Below are positions 1 to 8,654 of a stretch of DNA of 64,000 nt, one piece after another (position 1 is the first letter of the stretch; each line of letters opens with the position of its first letter). The DNA is taken from the NCBI GenBank assembly GCA_044892525.1, contig CM097887.1, positions 61,566,001 through 61,630,000 on the forward strand, written 5' to 3'. A model generated the notes under the pieces. The model was not told the DNA's origin, made no database searches, and saw only the letters and a list, made by a program, of their open reading frames with translations. This stretch comes from Schmidtea polychroa (Eukaryota). A program made the position numbers and the translations under genes.

Positions 1-244
1 AACTCAAACTTTATTTATTTTTAAAAATTTGTTTTCTATTAATAATAGATTTTTTTTTTCTAGAATTTTAAGAAAATTTTAATTCAAAATTTATAATAAT
101 ATTAAATTAATTTTACAATACTCGTTACTTACATTTTAAACAAAACTTATACGTCAGTTTGAAGTATTTTAAACTTGTTTTAACTAATTATTTTTTTTAA
201 CAAACCATTTTTTTTTATATATTATTAATTAGAAATATTTTGCA

Positions 245-914
245 ATGAAAATTTTATCAGTTTTTTTTTTCTAATCATTGTTTACTATGTAATGTCAGCT
301 ACAGTTAATGAAAATAATTGCGAAGGTATTTGGCACTTATTTTTATTATATTTAAAAATTGTTCAGTTTGTGTTAAGTTTGTGAGACGCCTGAAAGATAG
401 TATAGATGGAGACGAAAGTACAAATATCGAAAATATTGAAAATAAATTCAAAAAGATGAGCAAAACAAGTAAGGGAAAAGAATAAAGTCTGGTAAGGTAT
501 TATAACTGATTAATATAAAATTGTAATTTATTTTTAGTGTTATTATATTGGAGGATTGGTAACATCTACTGCATATATTGTAAAACATTTGTCTCAGCCT
601 TTGAGTTGGGTTATGCCCGCTGAAAAAGTCTGAAAAACTAAAAGCAATTGATTCACAAATTTGTGAATTAAAATATGGTATGTTCAGTTAAGATTTTAAA
701 TATTAATTCAACTATTTTTCAGACAAACCTATTGATCTTACTGGTATTAATCTAAACAAAGCTCGCGTTAAAGATCTCAAAAAATATTAGAAAGCTGGGG
801 TGAAGAATGTAAAGGTTGTACAGAAAAAACTGATTTTATCCGATTAATAAATGAAAAATGCCCATTTATGATCTTAAAGCAGCCAAGCAAAGAAATAAAT
901 TCAGGATGTTGTAA
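245..914 (+). pseudogene. MANF: MANF/ARMET-like gene, 4 exons, disrupted
   Basis: Spliced translation gives signal peptide, NCE|VCVKF..GKE, CYYIGG..K.IDSQICELKY|[28 protein letters not shown], matching the MANF saposin and SAP domains. Introns are short GT-AG. Lesions: T-run frameshift in exon 1, in-frame TAA at ~483, 2-bp loss at ~630, A-run shift near the 3' end. Confidence 0.85.
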
Positions 915-1647
915 TTAAATAAAATATTAAAATTCTTTTTGATCGAATATATTTGTGAGAAATAATTTGGAATTATTTAATTGTGGAAATCTAAAAGAAA
1001 TTCTGAAAGATATTTTAATAGAAGTTTTCCATTTGCCAACCCCAGGAAATGTATTTCATCGGGATGGTCCATCAACTGAGCTCGAAGGACTTTTTGGTAT
1101 GAATATGATTCAAAGAAACAATTATGTGAATAAATTTGATGATCGAAATCAATAAACTTAGTCTTTGTTTTTCTTTTTCTTCTTTTGATCTAGTTAAAAA
1201 TAAATTTAGTCTCTTTGATTTAGTTAAAAATAAATCCAATAATTTTAATAAATTAATAAATGATTCTACTAAATTACTTCAGTAAACTACTCTATCCTCG
1301 TTCCATCACCTTAAAGGGGTTGTGACCATCACATAACAGGGGTCTTGAGGGGGAAGGTTATCGTATTGTTATAAGGTTGTTTTATAAATCGGTATGTACA
1401 TACACACATCCACTTATATATACACATACATATACACCCACACATATATACATATATGGATATAATTTAAATTAATAATATTGATGTCGTTTTCAGGGGG
1501 TGGGGTGTTACTAAAAATAGATTTTAGTGATTTTCCGTAATTTTATTGGAAGATAGGGCCATTGAAACTAAATTTAGAGATAGGGGAATCCCAAAATCAA
1601 TAATTTGTTTTATAATTTTATTTTTATGAAATAAAGATAATTATTTT

Positions 1648-1717
1648 AATAATGTAATAATAATAATGATAATAGTAATAATAATAGTAAGAGTGATAAT
1701 GTTACTGGTAACAATGC

Positions 1718-1753
<36 letters not shown>

Positions 1754-1792
1754 TAATAATAATAATAATAACGATAATAATAATAATAATAA
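1648..1792. repeat. (AAT)n microsatellite
   Basis: Imperfect AAT/AGT/GAT trinucleotide run. Confidence 0.95.
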
Positions 1793-2099
1793 ATGTAAAT
1801 TTATATTTTTATAAGATTACTACATATGGGGGGGATCATTTACGAAAATTTATGGAATTATTATTATTTTTTTTTGGTTTCAAATATAATTTGACTCTAT
1901 ACGAAGATGATACAATTCAGTATACCTAAGGAATAGTTAATGGCTACATAATTTGAAGTGGGGTCATTTATGAAAATTTTCAATTTATATTTTAAAATAT
2001 AATATAAGTTAAATATATATTAAGATAAGCTAATTTAGTATATTTAGGTGGTAGTTGATGACTATATGGTTTATGAAAAATTTTCAACTATGATGTTAA

Positions 2100-2805
2100 A
2101 GGCAATCTAAGTTAAGTTAAATTTATAGTTTATATTTTAAAGCTAATATAATTTTATAATTTATATTTTTATGAAGTTAAATTTATAGTTTATATTTTAG
2201 AACTGATATAATTTTATAATTTATACTTTTAAGTTTATAATTTATATTTGGTGAAGTTCAATTTATAGTTTATATTCCTAAAGCTAATATAATTTTATAA
2301 TTTGTATTTTTAAGTTTATAATTTATATTTTTATGAAGTTAATTTTATGGTTTATATTTTAAAGCTAATATGATTTTATAATTTATACTTTTAAGTTTAT
2401 AATTTATATTTGGTGAAGTTCAATTTATAGTTTATATTTCTAAAGCTAATATAATTTTATAATTTATTTTTTTATGAAGTTAAATTTATAGTTTATATTT
2501 CTAAAGCTAATATAATTTTATAATTTATTTTTTTATGAAGTTAAATTTATAGTTTATATTTCTAAAGCTAATATAATTTTATAATTTATATTTTTATGAA
2601 GTTAAATTTATAGTTTATATTTCTAAAGCTAATAAAATTTTATAATTTATACTTTTATAATTAACTTAGAGTTATAATTTATAATTTATAGTCAATGTAA
2701 ATTTGTAATTTATATTTTTAGGAAATTAAATTTATAATTTATACTTTTATAACTAATTATAATTTATATTTTTATGAAATTAGGATTATAATTTATACTT
2801 TTGTA
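2100..2805. repeat. ~60-bp AT-rich minisatellite array
   Basis: Repeated unit TTATAATTTATATTTTTATGAAGTTAAATTTATAGTTTATATTT(C)TAAAGCTAATATAAT. Related units resume at 17856-18060, after the Polinton. Confidence 0.85.
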
Positions 2806-3740
2806 AGTAGTGTGGTTATATACCCAAGCAAAACAGCCCCCCAACAAAAACATGCCTCCAAATCACTTAAGCTATTAGAAAAACAACCTAAAACTTATAC
2901 TTTTATAGTATTTTAACCCTATATTTTGAAAACAACCACCCTTAATGACTCTAACTGTTTTAATCTTTAAAGCCTCAAACTCAAAAGCTTCAAACTAAAA
3001 AGAGAATAGAAAAGAAAATGGCATTATGAAAAAGTTAGAGGGCTATTTGATCTTTATCAGATTATTGATTTTAAATTATATAAATTAAAAAATAAATGAA
3101 AAAAACTGCTCTGAGGGGACAGTGGTATTTTTTTTTTTTTTTTTCACTGTCCCCTCAACAGTTTTTTTTGATCCGGATCATTTTTTTTATTTATCAACCT
3201 CTTTCGTTTATCGAATCTCTTCCAATATACAAGCTGGCCAGACTCATACATCAGAATCAATCCGATAATAGCAGCACACCTTATTATTCGCTTCTCGTTC
3301 GAATACGATTTCATCGGCGTTTTAAGTGTGCTGCTCGAAAGTACAAATGAATTCGAAAGCGAATTCGAAAGAGGTCCGAAAACAACTGAGAAATAAATGT
3401 GCACATTAAAGAATCGATCCGGGGGTGTTCGAAAGACAGGTGGCGATAATTACCGGTTCGCCACCATCACCCGTTTCAATATTTTTTTTTTCATATTTAT
3501 GTTTAAAAAATAATTAATTAATAAAAAAATAAAATAAAATAAAATAAATAAAATAAAATATACAAGTACTTTATAAATATAAGATACCCACACTATTTTC
3601 AATATTATTTTCAAATTTTTAATATTATTTTATGTTGAAAAAAAACTAACCACAGTTAGGATTTGAACCGCTATCTATTTGAACCACTGTGCCGGTCTAG
3701 CCCACTGCGCTATCTAGGTTTGGATTTTTTGTTATTTTTT
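2806..3740 (+). repeat. Polinton left TIR (~935 bp)
   Basis: Reverse complement of ~16945-17849. The inner ~750 bp is nearly identical; the outer ~150 bp is diverged with indels. Confidence 0.95.
3638..3722 (-). ncRNA. tRNA-like Pol III cassette 1 (in left TIR)
   Basis: Minus strand: A box TAGCGCAGTGG (3702-3712), B box GGTTCAAATCC (3659-3669), T8 terminator (3638-3645). No full cloverleaf. Confidence 0.65.
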
Positions 3741-3961
3741 TAAATAATCGATTCAAGTTCTTTTATTCTTTCCTGTAATTGTTTTATTTTCTTCAATCTT
3801 ATATCAGGAACATCTACAGCCTTCATATAAAAATGTCGATACTTTTCATTATCTACCATCAACTCTTTGATGTATTCTAATGGTTCTTCTTCTCTTCTTT
3901 TCATTCTCTTATGTTTAACTTCATTCAATTCATTTCTCATTCTTTCTTTTAACTCATCCAT
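3740..3961 (-). CDS. Polinton small charged helical protein (73 aa)
   Basis: ATG ORF in an AAAAATG context, just inside the TIR and between the Pol III cassettes. No recognisable family. Confidence 0.5.
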   Translation of the reverse strand: MDELKERMRNELNEVKHKRMKRREEEPLEYIKELMVDNEKYRHFYMKAVDVPDIRLKKIKQLQERIKELESII

Positions 3962-4123
3962 TTTTATAAATATTTTTTTATTGGATATATTAATTTTTGG
4001 TAGCTTAAGTTAAAACGTTTTTGATCTTAAATTTCCAAGAGTTGCCGTTGACCAATCACCTTAAAAATTTGTACAAGTACTAAATCGAATATGCTGATCA
4101 ATATTTCGTTAAAAAATAATTTG

Positions 4124-4205
4124 AAAAAAAATGACCGAAATGGGATTTGAACCCATTGGTATTGGCAATGCAGTCGAGTGCTATTACCACTAAGCTATAC
4201 TCAAA
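4124..4205 (-). ncRNA. tRNA(Cys)-like Pol III cassette 2
   Basis: Minus strand reads GAGTATAGCTTAGTGGTAATAGCACTCGACTGCA..AATGGGTTCAAATCCCATT TCGGTCA T9. It has A and B boxes, a perfect 6-bp T-arm and a 5' half resembling tRNA-Cys(GCA). Acceptor and anticodon stems do not pair. Confidence 0.7.
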
Positions 4206-4356
4206 ATAAAATAAGTTGTTAATGTGTGACTATTTATTGATGAAATTGATAATTAATTATTCATTTTCTCGACAACTACCACTCAGATCCATCTGAAAAT
4301 TTAAATATATACTAAAATCAGTACGCTGAATCAGATTCCGTTGAAAAAAAATATCG

Positions 4357-4440
4357 AAAAAAATTGACCAAAATCGAAAATTGAACCCGGTACTCCCGGT
4401 GATAAAATTGAAGCCTATTCCCACTCCGCTATAATGGCTT
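4357..4440 (-). ncRNA. tRNA-like Pol III cassette 3
   Basis: Minus strand: A box TAGCGGAGTGG (4421-4431), TTATCACCGGGAGTACCGGGTTCAATT (resembles the tRNA-Asp 3' half; degenerate B box), then GGTCAA and a T run. It is a diverged tandem duplicate of cassette 2 and its flank. Confidence 0.55.
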
Positions 4441-4494
4441 ACATAATATATTTAATTAATCCTATTTTGTGTGTGTAAATTTTAATATATAAAA

Positions 4495-5781
4495 ATGAAT
4501 AATATAAAAATTCAAGAAAAAAATAAATTAAATCTTGATTATAATAAAGAATTTACTCATGAAATCAAGAAAAACGATGTACTTAAAATCTCCCCAACTT
4601 CAGGATCTATTGCAAACTTAAATCGTAGGGGTGATATAGTTTTTCAATCTCTTCAAACATCAAACCTTATAGATATTTGTAATGCCAAATTATATTATAA
4701 AATCGAATTAGAAATTGAAGCAAACAAAGATATAACCCTAGAAAATAATTTCTTTCCAAATTTATTCTCCAACATGAGATTAAAACTAGGATCATCAGAA
4801 ATTGAAACTGTTTTGCATCCGGGAGTATATTCTACAATGTTAAATTTTATTTTGATTGGTTGTGATTATAAAAACGAATATGGTGAATTAACAGGTTGGA
4901 TTCCTGATGTTAATAAAGGGGATTTAGATAAAGATGGTTTAGATGTAAACCATGGTTACCATAAAAGAGCTGAACTTTATAAATCTAAAAAATTTGAAGG
5001 TTATTTTGAATTAAAACACTTGTTTGGATTCCTTCAAAACTATAATCGTATACTTCATAATGTTTTTATAGAATTCATCTGTAATAGAGTAGAAGGTGAT
5101 AAAAGATTGTTCTATGGAGCTGTAGATACAAAAGCTAAATTAAAATTATCAACACTTGAATTACATATACCTGAATGGACATTAAACCCACATTCTGAGA
5201 TTAAACTCCTTGAAAGATTAAATTCCAACAAGTCTATAAATGTAAATTATTTAAATAGAATCTGTAGTGAATTTAGTATGACAGAGGGTTCAACATATTC
5301 TATAAAGGTAGCAAATTTAGCATACCGACCAAGATATATCTTGATTGGATTCAAAGAAGTAGATTCATCTTTCCAAAAAAATAACAACTTGTTTATTCAA
5401 AAGATTGGAGTTGATAATTTAAAAACAATCCAAATTCAATTAAATAGTTCTTATTATCCAATAAATAGAATGGAATTTAATATTGCAAATAATGAAAACA
5501 TATTCCCATATCTAAATTATATTGAAACATGTTATGATTTCAAAGTTGAACCGCAATTAAGTTTAGAAGATTTCAAAAATTTATATTCTATATTTTGTAT
5601 AAATGTTTCAGACCAAGATGATCGCCTAGCCATAAATAATGTTGATGTTACACTTCATGTAACAAAGGATTCTAATTTTAAAGCTAAAGTATATACATTA
5701 ATATTAGAAGAAAAGAAAATAGAAATGAAATTATATGGTGGAAAGATTTCAATAATCGAAAATGTTAGGGGAGATTCTTGA
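4495..5781 (+). CDS. Polinton major capsid protein (double jelly-roll)
   Basis: 428 aa with Polinton MCP-type motifs LENNFFPNLFS, GWIPD, LKHLFGF, PRYILIGFK, IQLNSSYYP; located inside the element. Confidence 0.85.
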   Translation: MNNIKIQEKNKLNLDYNKEFTHEIKKNDVLKISPTSGSIANLNRRGDIVFQSLQTSNLIDICNAKLYYKIELEIEANKDITLENNFFPNLFSNMRLKLGSSEIETVLHPGVYSTMLNFILIGCDYKNEYGELTGWIPDVNKGDLDKDGLDVNHGYHKRAELYKSKKFEGYFELKHLFGFLQNYNRILHNVFIEFICNRVEGDKRLFYGAVDTKAKLKLSTLELHIPEWTLNPHSEIKLLERLNSNKSINVNYLNRICSEFSMTEGSTYSIKVANLAYRPRYILIGFKEVDSSFQKNNNLFIQKIGVDNLKTIQIQLNSSYYPINRMEFNIANNENIFPYLNYIETCYDFKVEPQLSLEDFKNLYSIFCINVSDQDDRLAINNVDVTLHVTKDSNFKAKVYTLILEEKKIEMKLYGGKISIIENVRGDS

Positions 5782-5810
5782 TATAATCCCTGATATTTTA
5801 ACATTTTAAA

Positions 5811-7220
5811 ATGTCTCTAAATAAATATTGGAGATGTGAAAGTTGTAATTGTCAAGTTACAAGACATCATAAAGCAAGTCATTTAAAAACTAAAAAACAT
5901 ACAGGAGGTGATCTAATTCCACGAGCTAGAGGCGATTTGCAATCTTCAAAAACAACATCTTCAATATTAAAACCTTTTACTACAGAAAAATATCCAGGTG
6001 AAAGACATTTATTTAAACACAACTATACCGGACCAGGAACAAGATTAGATATTAGATTAGATGAAAATAATAATCCTAAACAAGGAGAAGAACCAATAAA
6101 TAGAATCGACCAAGCAGCTTTAAAACATGACATTGCATACAATTCAACAAATCTTAGAGATAGACATGTTGCAGATGTGAATTTAATACATGATTTAAAT
6201 AGTATCCAAAATCCATCAACCCAAGAAAAGATTCAAAGAGCTCTAGTTAAATTAGCAATGAAAGGTAAGATTTTCATAGGCTTAGGACACAGTCCGATCA
6301 CCATGGGTGCAAGACTTCCTAGGAAAGCAAAAGATGTTGCTTATAAAAAGATTATCGAACAAGCAGAGATTGAAAGATCCCTCGAGAGTACAGCCAAGAC
6401 TAGTTTACAAACCCCAACAGAATCAGAAATAAAATATGCAAAGGAATTACACCATGAATTTAGAAAAAATAAAAAATATTTAAAAGTTCAAGTACATGAA
6501 AAAGATCAAACATGGTCTGCAGATTTAGTCTTTATGCCCAAATCATCAGACCCTGAAAAATATAAAATAATTTTAACTGTAATAGATTTATATACAAGAT
6601 TTGCTTTTGCAAGATGTTTAGAAAATAAAACAGGATATTCTATTACAGAAGCATTTGAAAATATATTTGAAGAAAATCAAAGAATCCCAAAATATTTATG
6701 GTGTGATAAAGGAACAGAATTTTATAACAAAGTTTTTACAAAGTTTTTAAATGAAAATGATATTAAATTATATTCAACAGAAAACGAAGGAAAAGCAGTC
6801 GTAGTTGAAAGATTAAATAGAACATTAAAAAATAAAATGTGGAAATATTTTACTGCTATTGGAAAACAAAAATGGAACAATGAATTGTTACAAAAGATTG
6901 TAAATGAATATAATAATGATGTACATAGTTCTATAAAATTAACACCTTTAAATGCTTCCATGAAGCCTGAAACCATTAAAGTGGTAAATATTGAAAATGA
7001 TGTTATTGAAAAACCAAAGTTTAAAATTGGTGACCGAGTAAGAATATTTAAATATAAAAATAAATTTGAAAAAGGATTCACAGCAAAATGGACAAATGAA
7101 ATTTTTATTATAAATAAAATACATTATACAACTCCAATAACATATACCATCTTTGATTTAAATAATGAAAAAATATTAGGTAGATTTTATAATAATGAAC
7201 TACAGAAAACAGATTTTTAA
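5811..7220 (+). CDS. Zn-finger / parvovirus-type PLA2 / retroviral-like integrase fusion
   Basis: CxxC..H..H N-terminus; NYTGPG, DQAALKHDIAY, RHVAD (PLA2); WSADL, VIDLYTR, WCDKGTEF, VVERLNRTLK (DDE integrase); KFKIGDRVRI C-terminal domain. Confidence 0.9.
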   Translation: MSLNKYWRCESCNCQVTRHHKASHLKTKKHTGGDLIPRARGDLQSSKTTSSILKPFTTEKYPGERHLFKHNYTGPGTRLDIRLDENNNPKQGEEPINRIDQAALKHDIAYNSTNLRDRHVADVNLIHDLNSIQNPSTQEKIQRALVKLAMKGKIFIGLGHSPITMGARLPRKAKDVAYKKIIEQAEIERSLESTAKTSLQTPTESEIKYAKELHHEFRKNKKYLKVQVHEKDQTWSADLVFMPKSSDPEKYKIILTVIDLYTRFAFARCLENKTGYSITEAFENIFEENQRIPKYLWCDKGTEFYNKVFTKFLNENDIKLYSTENEGKAVVVERLNRTLKNKMWKYFTAIGKQKWNNELLQKIVNEYNNDVHSSIKLTPLNASMKPETIKVVNIENDVIEKPKFKIGDRVRIFKYKNKFEKGFTAKWTNEIFIINKIHYTTPITYTIFDLNNEKILGRFYNNELQKTDF

Positions 7221-7231
7221 GTCGACAAGCC

Positions 7232-8077
7232 CTAAAACAAACTTTTCCATATTTCAGCTTCTTCTCTATCCAAATAAATATAATTATATTTTTCTTTCCA
7301 ATGATTATCAACAAACATATCAAACATATTCTTATCAGGTTCAACATTTGAAAATAAATCATTATAAATCATATTCTTATCACGGCGATCTAATTTAAAA
7401 AATATAAAACAATTGGAATTATTTCTTATTGAATTTTTATCTAAAGCATAATATGTTTGAGATATATAAATAACATTACAATTATTATGTCGACCTCGTG
7501 TAAAGTAACTCTTTTGAATCTCTTGATTTTTCATGTTGACAACATCATCAAATATAACTAGATTCTTTTTATCTTTAGGAAGTAAATCACAATGTAAAAC
7601 ATCTTCAGGTTTATTAGAGAATAAAACTTGAATTGCCTCCTGCCCTTCTTCACAAATATAATCATTTTTATTACTAATATCTGATTCTAAAATCTTTTCC
7701 TTATACCAATCAACCATATCACAAGGTTGAAAAACTTCTTCAGGACACCTATGTTGATTTTTAAAAATATCAATTATTGCTTTTTTAGTTAATTTATTTT
7801 CAAATCCACATTTCAAAAGTTGTAATTCTGGTTGATTTATGGTTGTAGAATAAAAGATTAAATTATTATAATCTAAAAAATCATCTTCAAGTAACATTCT
7901 CAAAACAAGTACATTCATTCCACATCCAGAAGAACCAACAATTAATAATCTAAAATTATCAGGAAATACTTTATTATTAAATTTACTTTTATGTCTATTT
8001 AAAATTGGTTTCCAAATTATTGGACTTCGTACATCCATTTTGTTTATTATAAAATGACAACTGAAGAATCTTTGCAA
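7232..8077 (-). CDS. A32-like DNA packaging ATPase
   Basis: LIVGSSGCG(M/N) Walker A with the Lys missing, LVIFDD Walker B, RGRHNN motif. Confidence 0.9.
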   Translation of the reverse strand: MQRFFSCHFIINKMDVRSPIIWKPILNRHKSKFNNKVFPDNFRLLIVGSSGCGMNVLVLRMLLEDDFLDYNNLIFYSTTINQPELQLLKCGFENKLTKKAIIDIFKNQHRCPEEVFQPCDMVDWYKEKILESDISNKNDYICEEGQEAIQVLFSNKPEDVLHCDLLPKDKKNLVIFDDVVNMKNQEIQKSYFTRGRHNNCNVIYISQTYYALDKNSIRNNSNCFIFFKLDRRDKNMIYNDLFSNVEPDKNMFDMFVDNHWKEKYNYIYLDREEAEIWKSLF

Positions 8078-8632
8078 GAATTAATAAATTCAAATAAAAA
8101 TAAATCAGTAGTAATTGATGGTAAAAAATATTTTATTGGAAAACATGTAAAAGAACAAGTTAGAGCGAAGCTCCACGAATCTAAAGAAGGTGGCATTCTT
8201 CCATTAGCTGCTTTAATACCTGCAATCATTGCTGGTTTATCAGGTGCTGCTGGAATAGCTGGAGGAATTGCAACTACAGTTCAAAAAGCTAAAGAATCTC
8301 AAAAGACAGACCTAGAAAAAGAAAAACTACAAACTGAAATCGATTCAATGAAGAAGGTAGGGCAAGCTAAAGGGGGAGTGTCCGTTGGAAAGGGTCTCTA
8401 TCTTAATCCATATGAGGGGAGTCGGCAAAAGTCTCAGGGCAAAGGTCTCTATCTTGATCCTTATAAAGGTAGAGGTTTAAATGATTTTTTAAAAAATCAA
8501 ATTTCTACATCTGAATCTTTATCTTCAAAAGATAAAGAAGATTTAAAAAAAATATGTAAATCTTTAAAGAATGGATGCCTTTGTAAAACTAAAAATGGTA
8601 AAGGATTATACTTGAAGCCCTTCGAACTATGA
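8054..8632 (+). CDS. Putative virion core/precursor protein
   Basis: GGILPLAALIPAIIAGL hydrophobic segment and repeated G(K/R)GLYL.P motifs typical of small Polinton structural precursors. Confidence 0.6.
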   Translation: MTTEESLQELINSNKNKSVVIDGKKYFIGKHVKEQVRAKLHESKEGGILPLAALIPAIIAGLSGAAGIAGGIATTVQKAKESQKTDLEKEKLQTEIDSMKKVGQAKGGVSVGKGLYLNPYEGSRQKSQGKGLYLDPYKGRGLNDFLKNQISTSESLSSKDKEDLKKICKSLKNGCLCKTKNGKGLYLKPFEL

Positions 8633-8654
8633 TACCATTTTTGATACCATTAAA

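Larger units (their letters stand above)
1490..2805 (+). mobile_element. Left part of an old copy (D) of the TG...CA family, split by the Polinton
   Basis: GGGTGTTACTAAAAATAG, then an (AAT)n tract, then GGGGGG..TTTATGAAAATTT repeats, in the same order as the middle of copy B (54130-55100). The 5' end was not found. Confidence 0.5.

Noticed and set aside
480-490. In-frame TAA in MANF as a sign of stop-codon reassignment
   Set aside because: Neighbouring genes terminate in TAA, and the same gene has frameshifts, so decay or sequencing error is simpler.
955-1180. Plus-strand 66-aa ORF; an open minus-strand frame (IDFDHQIY..DFHN*) also exists
   Set aside because: Neither is recognisable. The minus frame could be an orphan last exon, but no upstream exons could be linked to it.
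1666-1929. Ile-rich 'membrane' ORFs (also 23729-24270, 48930-49509, 54354-54554)
   Set aside because: They are translations of (AAT)n/(ATT)n microsatellites.
3096-3404. ORFs of 84-86 aa repeated at 17282-17542
   Set aside because: They recur only because they lie in the TIRs. They overlap on both strands, cross poly-T runs and palindromes, and differ in extent between the TIRs.
4124-4205. Functional tRNA-Cys gene
   Set aside because: Acceptor and anticodon stems cannot pair, so it is reported as a tRNA-like ncRNA instead.
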